NCBI GenBank assembly: GCA_963830915.1
Contig: CAWHOE010000034.1
Location: 32,001 to 96,000, forward strand
Direction: 5' to 3'
DNA from: a candidate division FCPU426 bacterium
GTDB taxonomy: Bacteria > Oederibacteriota > Muellerivitia > Muellerivitales > Muellerivitaceae
DNA: 64,000 bases
The position numbers and the translations under genes are program-made. The notes below the pieces were generated by a model. The model did no database searches. It was not told the origin of the DNA and was given only the letters and a program-made list of their open reading frames with translations. Positions 58,513 to 64,000 of this stretch are shown piece after piece (position 1 is the first letter of the stretch; every line of letters starts with the position of its first letter).

Positions 58513-60303
58513 GTGGCGGAAATGCTAGGCGGATGGAAAAGATCACATCATTGCGGGGACTTGCGTAAATCGGATGTCGGTAAGACCGTCATCCTCATGG
58601 GCTGGGTCCACCACCGCCGGGACCACGGGGGGTTGGTTTTCGTGGATCTGAGGGACCGTTACGGCGTGACCCAGATCGTGTTCGATCCCCAATTGGCCGA
58701 CAAGGTCCATAAACAGTCCCACCTCATCCGCAACGAGTGGGTTCTGGCCATCAAGGGCGAGGTCACGGCAAGGCCGGAAGGCACCATCAACACCAAGATC
58801 GCCACGGGAGAGGTGGAGATCCGATGCAACGAGGTCAAGGTCCTGAATCCCTCCCTGACCCCCGTATTTCCCATCGAGGACGAAGTGGAAGTGGCTGAGG
58901 AGATCCGCCTGGAGTACCGATATCTGGACCTGCGGCGGGAATACATGAAGAAAAAGCTCATCGCCCGCCATGGGATCACCGCCTCGGCCCGCGAATTCAT
59001 GAACGCCGAGGGATTCCTGGAGATCGAAACGCCCATCCTCATCAAGAACACTCCTGAGGGCGCCCGGGAATACGTCGTTCCCAGCCGGGTCAGCCCCGGC
59101 AAGTTCTTCGTGCTTCCCCAAAGCCCCCAGCAGTTGAAACAGATCTGCATGGTCGCCGGGTTGGATAAATACTACCAGATCGCCAAATGCTTCCGGGACG
59201 AGGACCTGCGCGCCGACCGTCAGCCCGAGTTCACCCAGATCGATATCGAGATGTCCTTCATCGATGAGGAGGATATCTACAAACTGGGCGAGGGTTTGAT
59301 GAAGAAGATATTCAAGGAGACCCTGGGAGTCGATATCGCGACCCCTTTTGAGCGCATTTCTTATGATGAGGCCATTGAAAAATACGGCACGGACAAACCG
59401 GACCTAAGGTTCGATTTGCCCATGGTGAACGTCGGTGCCGTCGTCGCCAAGGCGCAATTCAAGGTCTTCAACGATGTTCTGGGCAGGGGCGGCATCGTCA
59501 AAGCCTTGAACGCCAAGGGCTGCGCGGACTTTTCCCGCAAGGATATGGATGATCTGACGGCCTATGTGGGCCAATACGGCGCCAAGGGAATGGCCTGGTT
59601 CAAGGTCAAGGACGGCAAGCTTGATTCCAACATCGCCAAGTATTTCCCGCCCGAGGTCCAAGCTGAACTGATGAAGACCCTCAGCGGAGAGGAAGGGGAC
59701 CTGTTCCTTTTCGGCGCGGACGATCCCCCGGTCGTGAATGACTCCTTGGGAGCTCTTAGAGGCGAGATCGCCCGCCGTAAGGGTCTGATCGAAAAAGGAC
59801 CTAAGTGGGCTTTCCGCTGGGTCACCGAATTCCCGATGTTCGGCAAGGATGACAAGGGACGGATTTATTCCAACCATCACCCTTTCACCAGCCCCAAGGA
59901 ATCGGATGTGCATCTCCTGGACACCGACCCGGTCAAGGCCAAAGCGATGGCATATGATCTGGTCCTGAATGGCATGGAATTGGGCGGAGGAAGCATCCGT
60001 ATCCATAGCTCAGAATTGCAATCGAAGATCTTCAGCCTTCTGGAGATAACCCCCGAGAACGCCGAGATGCGTTTTGGTTTTCTCTTGAAAGCCCTGAAGT
60101 ATGGGGCGCCGCCCCACGGCGGTATCGCTTTTGGCATGGACCGTCTGGTCATGCTGCTGACGGGTGCGCCCAATATCCGGGACGTCATCGCTTTCCCCAA
60201 GACCGCCAAGGCCACCGATCTTATGACCGGCTCGCCCTCGATTATCGATGAGGAACTGATGAAAGAGCTCAAGATCAAGATCGAATTGGAAGACCTGACT
60301 TAA
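58513..60303 (+). CDS. aspS: Aspartate--tRNA ligase (probably non-discriminating Asp/Asn)
   Basis: [65 protein letters not shown] start after AGGAG. Confidence 0.97.
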   Translation: MAEMLGGWKRSHHCGDLRKSDVGKTVILMGWVHHRRDHGGLVFVDLRDRYGVTQIVFDPQLADKVHKQSHLIRNEWVLAIKGEVTARPEGTINTKIATGEVEIRCNEVKVLNPSLTPVFPIEDEVEVAEEIRLEYRYLDLRREYMKKKLIARHGITASAREFMNAEGFLEIETPILIKNTPEGAREYVVPSRVSPGKFFVLPQSPQQLKQICMVAGLDKYYQIAKCFRDEDLRADRQPEFTQIDIEMSFIDEEDIYKLGEGLMKKIFKETLGVDIATPFERISYDEAIEKYGTDKPDLRFDLPMVNVGAVVAKAQFKVFNDVLGRGGIVKALNAKGCADFSRKDMDDLTAYVGQYGAKGMAWFKVKDGKLDSNIAKYFPPEVQAELMKTLSGEEGDLFLFGADDPPVVNDSLGALRGEIARRKGLIEKGPKWAFRWVTEFPMFGKDDKGRIYSNHHPFTSPKESDVHLLDTDPVKAKAMAYDLVLNGMELGGGSIRIHSSELQSKIFSLLEITPENAEMRFGFLLKALKYGAPPHGGIAFGMDRLVMLLTGAPNIRDVIAFPKTAKATDLMTGSPSIIDEELMKELKIKIELEDLT

Positions 60304-60310
60304 CCTTCCT

Positions 60311-60339
60311 AATCTGTTTAACGAGTTAAACGGATTTTT
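60311..60339 (+). terminator. Probable terminator after aspS
   Basis: AATCTGTTTAAC-GA-GTTAAACGGATT plus T run. Confidence 0.55.
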
Positions 60340-60471
60340 AAATGGAAAAGCGAGCTTGGTCTTTTAGTTCCCTCCTAAAGGCTTGAAACAGCTGGTTTAC
60401 CCAAACTTGACGAACTTCCCAGTTCAATCCATAATAAACCCGTTCGCCTGTAAGCGATTTCGGAGGGAAAA

Positions 60472-61008
60472 ATGATCAAGGTACAAACGCTTTTTTTAGT
60501 CGTTTTATTGACCGCCATACTCTCGGTGGGATGTTCGCAAAAGAAGCGGATCGAAGGTTCGGAAGTACCGACCCAACCCGAATCCAATGAGGTGGTGGTA
60601 GCTCCTCCACCCGCCATTCCGGTGGATAACACAACAGAGGCGGCTCCTCCGCCGCAGGCAGAGGCTCCGACTGAAGTTCCCACAGCGGTTCCGACCGCGG
60701 TCCCAACCCCCGAACCCACGGTGGTGGCCGATTCTACCGGCAAGTACGTTGTGGTTACAGGCGACACCCTTTGGGGGATCGCGGGTATGGATATCAGTTA
60801 TAAGGATAATTTCCAATGGCCATTGATCTTCAAGGCCAATCGCGACCAGATCAAGGATCCGGACCTCATTTATCCCAAACAGGAATTCAGTATCCGGCAT
60901 GATTATTCCAAGGAGGATGTGGATAAGGCCCGTAAGGACGCTAGTGATACCCCTAAATATGTGCCCCATACCGAACCCAGGGAAAGTCTACCGGTTGATT
61001 ATTTCTGA
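60472..61008 (+). CDS. LysM-domain lipoprotein with Pro/Thr-rich linker
   Basis: Lipobox SVGC; PTEVPTAVPTAVPTP linker; YVVVTGDTLWGIA...WPLIFKANRDQIKDPDLIYP. Confidence 0.9.
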   Translation: MIKVQTLFLVVLLTAILSVGCSQKKRIEGSEVPTQPESNEVVVAPPPAIPVDNTTEAAPPPQAEAPTEVPTAVPTAVPTPEPTVVADSTGKYVVVTGDTLWGIAGMDISYKDNFQWPLIFKANRDQIKDPDLIYPKQEFSIRHDYSKEDVDKARKDASDTPKYVPHTEPRESLPVDYF

Positions 61009-61056
61009 CCTTGACCGGAAGCGCGGGAAGGTTTAAAAAGCGTTGTTTTTCAAGAT

Positions 61057-61090
61057 TCCCTTTCCCCGAAAACGGGGAAAGGGATTTTTT
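61057..61090 (+). terminator. Intrinsic terminator
   Basis: TCCCTTTCCCCG-AAAA-CGGGGAAAGGGA plus T6. Confidence 0.88.
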
Positions 61091-61154
61091 ATTTACCCAG
61101 ACTTAATGGGTTTTGAACCCCGGGAAAGATAGAATCAAAGTTTTGGAGGAAAGC

Positions 61155-62135
61155 GTGACGCAAGCCGTCAGTCGCAGGATCAATTTAACAGACCAACAGG
61201 AATGCCTGAAGCTTTTTGGGGAAAAAGACCATAACCTGAAAATCCTTCGGGATTCCTTCATGGTGACCCTCGTCGCGCGGGGCGAGGAGATCATCCTGAC
61301 AGGGGAGCCTTTGGAGGTTTCCCATGCCGCCCAGGTCATCGAGAACCTGAGAGCTCAGCTTAGGAATGGACATGAGGGTTATATCCCGCCCGGCGCGGTC
61401 AAGAAATTGATCGGGGAGGCCAAGGGGATAGGCGCCGAACCTGAACCCCATGGCGAGGCGGTCCTGGTCTCCTCACGAAAAAAACCCATCCATGCCAGGT
61501 CGGCCAATCAGCAAAAATACGTGGACGCCATCAAGTCGCACGATATCGTGTTCGGGATCGGGCCCGCTGGGACCGGCAAGACCTATCTGGCTATGGCCAT
61601 GGCGGTCGCGGCGCTGCGGAACGGGGATGTGGAGCGATTGGTCCTGACCAGGCCGGCGGTGGAAGCGGGGGAAAAGCTTGGGTTCCTGCCGGGGGACCTG
61701 CAGGATAAGGTGGACCCTTATCTGCGTCCTCTTTATGACGCCCTTTATGACATGGTCGAATACGAGAAACTCCAACGATTATTCCAGCAGAGGGTGGTGG
61801 AGGTGGCTCCCCTGGCCTATATGCGGGGACGAACCCTGTCCAACGCCTTCATCATCCTGGATGAGGCGCAGAACACCAGCCCGGAACAGATGAAGATGTT
61901 CCTGACCCGCATGGGCACCGGGTCCAAGATGGTGGTGACCGGGGATGTGACCCAGATCGATCTGCCCACCGGCAAGTCCTCCGGGTTGATCGAGGTCCAG
62001 AGGATACTCTCAAAGGTCAAGGGGTTGGAATTCGTTCTTTTCACGTCGAAGGATGTCGTCCGCCATCGTTTGGTCCAAGGGATCCTGGACGCCTATCACC
62101 AATATGATGAGGAACGAAAGGATAAACCCGTTTGA
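61155..62135 (+). CDS. phoH: PhoH family ATPase (YbeZ/PhoL type)
   Basis: GPAGTGKTYLA, RPAVEAGEKLGFLPG, PLAYMRGRT, DEAQN, GDVTQIDL, DVVRH; GTG after GGAGG. Confidence 0.95.
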   Translation: MTQAVSRRINLTDQQECLKLFGEKDHNLKILRDSFMVTLVARGEEIILTGEPLEVSHAAQVIENLRAQLRNGHEGYIPPGAVKKLIGEAKGIGAEPEPHGEAVLVSSRKKPIHARSANQQKYVDAIKSHDIVFGIGPAGTGKTYLAMAMAVAALRNGDVERLVLTRPAVEAGEKLGFLPGDLQDKVDPYLRPLYDALYDMVEYEKLQRLFQQRVVEVAPLAYMRGRTLSNAFIILDEAQNTSPEQMKMFLTRMGTGSKMVVTGDVTQIDLPTGKSSGLIEVQRILSKVKGLEFVLFTSKDVVRHRLVQGILDAYHQYDEERKDKPV

Positions 62136-62157
62136 GCGATAACGGGAATTATCGAAC

Positions 62158-62613
62158 ATGAAAATACTAGTCCGTTATTCCGTGGCCCCCAAACCTGTCA
62201 CCGAACTTTGGTTAAAAAAGCTATCGGCGATGGTCTTGCGTTCGGTCAAGGGACCGGCGTTTGAGAAAATTTCTGAACTGTCCATTGTCTTGACAAGGGA
62301 TGGGGAAATCCGGCGGTTGAACCGCCAGTATAGAAAAAAAGACAAGACGACCGATGTTCTGTCATTCCCCTTGCTGGAAGGAGGAGGTCCAAAGGTCAAG
62401 AACGCTGGCTCCTTGGCTTTGGGAGATGTCGTTATCAGCGTTCCCCGGGCTGAACGGCAGGGCAAGGAAAAGGGATGGACCTTGCGGAAGGAATTGGCCA
62501 TGCTCCTCATCCATGGAATTCTCCATCTTTTAGGCTATGATCATGTTAGCTTGACTCAAGAAAAAAAGATGTTCGGTCTGCAAGACCGTTTATTAAAGAA
62601 ATTCAAGGTCTAG
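62158..62613 (+). CDS. ybeY: rRNA maturation endoribonuclease YbeY
   Basis: LNRQYR.KDKTTDVLSF, LGDVVIS, IHGILHLLGYDH. Confidence 0.96.
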   Translation: MKILVRYSVAPKPVTELWLKKLSAMVLRSVKGPAFEKISELSIVLTRDGEIRRLNRQYRKKDKTTDVLSFPLLEGGGPKVKNAGSLALGDVVISVPRAERQGKEKGWTLRKELAMLLIHGILHLLGYDHVSLTQEKKMFGLQDRLLKKFKV

Positions 62614-62621
62614 AAAACAAT

Positions 62622-64000
62622 ATGGATTCCTATTTCCTCGCCCATCTCATCATCCTTTCCGCCCTGATCCTGGTGTCCATCTTCTTTTCTGCGGTGGAAA
62701 CAAGCCTGCTCTCCTTTCCCCGTTCCATGTTGGATGGCAAATCCCAACAACCGGGCCTATTGGGATTGGCTTTCAAAGCCTGGCAGGAGCATCCCAACCG
62801 CATCCTAACCTCCATTCTTATCGGCAACAACGCCGTCAATATCGCCGCCACCAGTTTGGTGGCCTATTCGGCCGTTCATTTGGCCCTGGTCAACAATTGG
62901 AGCCTGCCCCTGACGGGAACGGTGGCTTCCATCTCCGTGACCATCATCATCATCGTTTTCGCCGAGGCCCTTCCCAAAGTGGCGGCTCGTTCGAATTCGG
63001 TGCTGGCGGCTACCTGGTTGATCGTTCCCATTTATTTTTTCGATCGTCTTTTAAGCCCTTTTACCTGGGCCTTGGTGCATATGTTCGGTTTTTTCCTCAG
63101 CAAAGTCGGCCATACCAATGTTTCCGTCGTCACCGAGGAGGACATCAAGCACATGATCGAGATGGGGGAGGAGTCGGGGACCATCCAGGAAGAGGAAAAG
63201 AGGATGATCCATTCGGTGTTGAAGTTCACCGACACCAAGGCCAACGACGTCATGGTCCCCCGGACGGAGATGTTCTGTGTGGATATCAACACCGACCTGG
63301 ATAGGCTGCTGGACCTGGTGGTCAAGAACGGGTACTCCCGGATGCCGGTTTACAAGGGGAACTTGGACAACATCGTGGGCATCATCAATACCCGAGACCT
63401 GTTGTCCATCTGGAAGAATAAAGAACTGATCGTTATCCAGGATCTTTTGCGAAAACCCTATTTTGTCCCGGAGACCATGAGAGTGGACCGGCTTTTGCAC
63501 GAGTTCCAACGGGGCCATATCCATATGGCCATCGTGGTGGATGAGTTCGGCGGGACCGCCGGCATGGTGACCATGGAGGACCTGGTGGAGGAGATCGTCG
63601 GCGAGATCCGCGACGAGTATGACGTGGATGAGGAAAAAGCCATCGCCAAGCAGGCGGATGGATCCTGGATCATCGACGCGGGAACCCCCCTGGACGAGGT
63701 CAATGAGGCTTTAGGGGTGCGTTTGACCCCTAAGGAAGATGTCTCCACCCTAGGCGGATATTTGATGGAAAAGCATGGGCGGTTCCCCAAAAAAGGAAGG
63801 GTCATCGAGGACAAGGAAGCGGTCTTCACCGTTCTGGAAGCCAGTGAGAAAAAGATCCACAAGGTGAAGGCGGTCAAAAGGGAAGTGCCCCTGCCGGATA
63901 TGGAACCGGAAATGGCCAAACCCAAGACCCGCAAACGCAAACCCAAAGCCCCTTCATCCTCTTTGGAAAATGCCGATAGCCCTACGCCGTCCGAGCCCGC
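62622..64000 (+). CDS. CNNM/CBS/CorC hemolysin-family membrane protein (3'-truncated by window; absent from ORF track)
   Basis: MDSYFLAHLIILSALILVSIFFSAVETS...ILIGNNAVNI...FAEALPK...VMVPR...GYSRMPVY...AIVVDEFGGTAGMVTMEDLVEEIVGEIRDEYD; phoH-ybeY-corC synteny. Confidence 0.93.
   Translation, partial: MDSYFLAHLIILSALILVSIFFSAVETSLLSFPRSMLDGKSQQPGLLGLAFKAWQEHPNRILTSILIGNNAVNIAATSLVAYSAVHLALVNNWSLPLTGTVASISVTIIIIVFAEALPKVAARSNSVLAATWLIVPIYFFDRLLSPFTWALVHMFGFFLSKVGHTNVSVVTEEDIKHMIEMGEESGTIQEEEKRMIHSVLKFTDTKANDVMVPRTEMFCVDINTDLDRLLDLVVKNGYSRMPVYKGNLDNIVGIINTRDLLSIWKNKELIVIQDLLRKPYFVPETMRVDRLLHEFQRGHIHMAIVVDEFGGTAGMVTMEDLVEEIVGEIRDEYDVDEEKAIAKQADGSWIIDAGTPLDEVNEALGVRLTPKEDVSTLGGYLMEKHGRFPKKGRVIEDKEAVFTVLEASEKKIHKVKAVKREVPLPDMEPEMAKPKTRKRKPKAPSSSLENADSPTPSEP

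Noticed and set aside
12812..60278. Long antisense ORFs (e.g. 12812-13786, 16695-17462, 56845-57699)
   Set aside because: They shadow well-identified sense genes and reflect codon bias; no independent protein motifs.

Overview
Bacterial chromosomal window, almost all on the + strand. Lipoprotein signals, a GT9 heptosyltransferase-like gene and WaaL/Wzy-like genes suggest a diderm; I cannot assign the lineage from sequence alone. Order: (1) nusG-rplK-rplA-rplJ-rplL with L1 and L10 leader-type RNAs, not followed by rpoBC; (2) tmk-holB-metG-tatD; (3) trpD-C-F-[TPR]-trpB-A-accD-folC; (4) a ~32 kb surface-polysaccharide region (15-47 kb) with ugd, rmlD, three Wzx flippases plus a remnant, two WaaL/Wzy-like genes, about 13 glycosyltransferases, a WcaJ-like initiating transferase, an epimerase and an NDP-sugar synthase; (5) a secreted clan GH-A hydrolase, TPR protein, GT2 plus a BshC/WbqC-like protein, dut, GH5, an LpoA-like lipoprotein, hisS, aspS, LysM lipoprotein, phoH, ybeY and a truncated CorC/hemolysin gene. 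The most unusual signals are non-coding short-period repeats at gene junctions. These are two helically phased (~21 bp) direct-repeat arrays at 48.4-49.0 kb, long inverted 7-mer arrays around a four-helix-bundle gene with a third orphan arm and a duplicated gene start downstream, and an empty 9-mer inverted-repeat element. Several small indels, including one in rplK, suggest assembly error, so frameshifts here should be treated cautiously.
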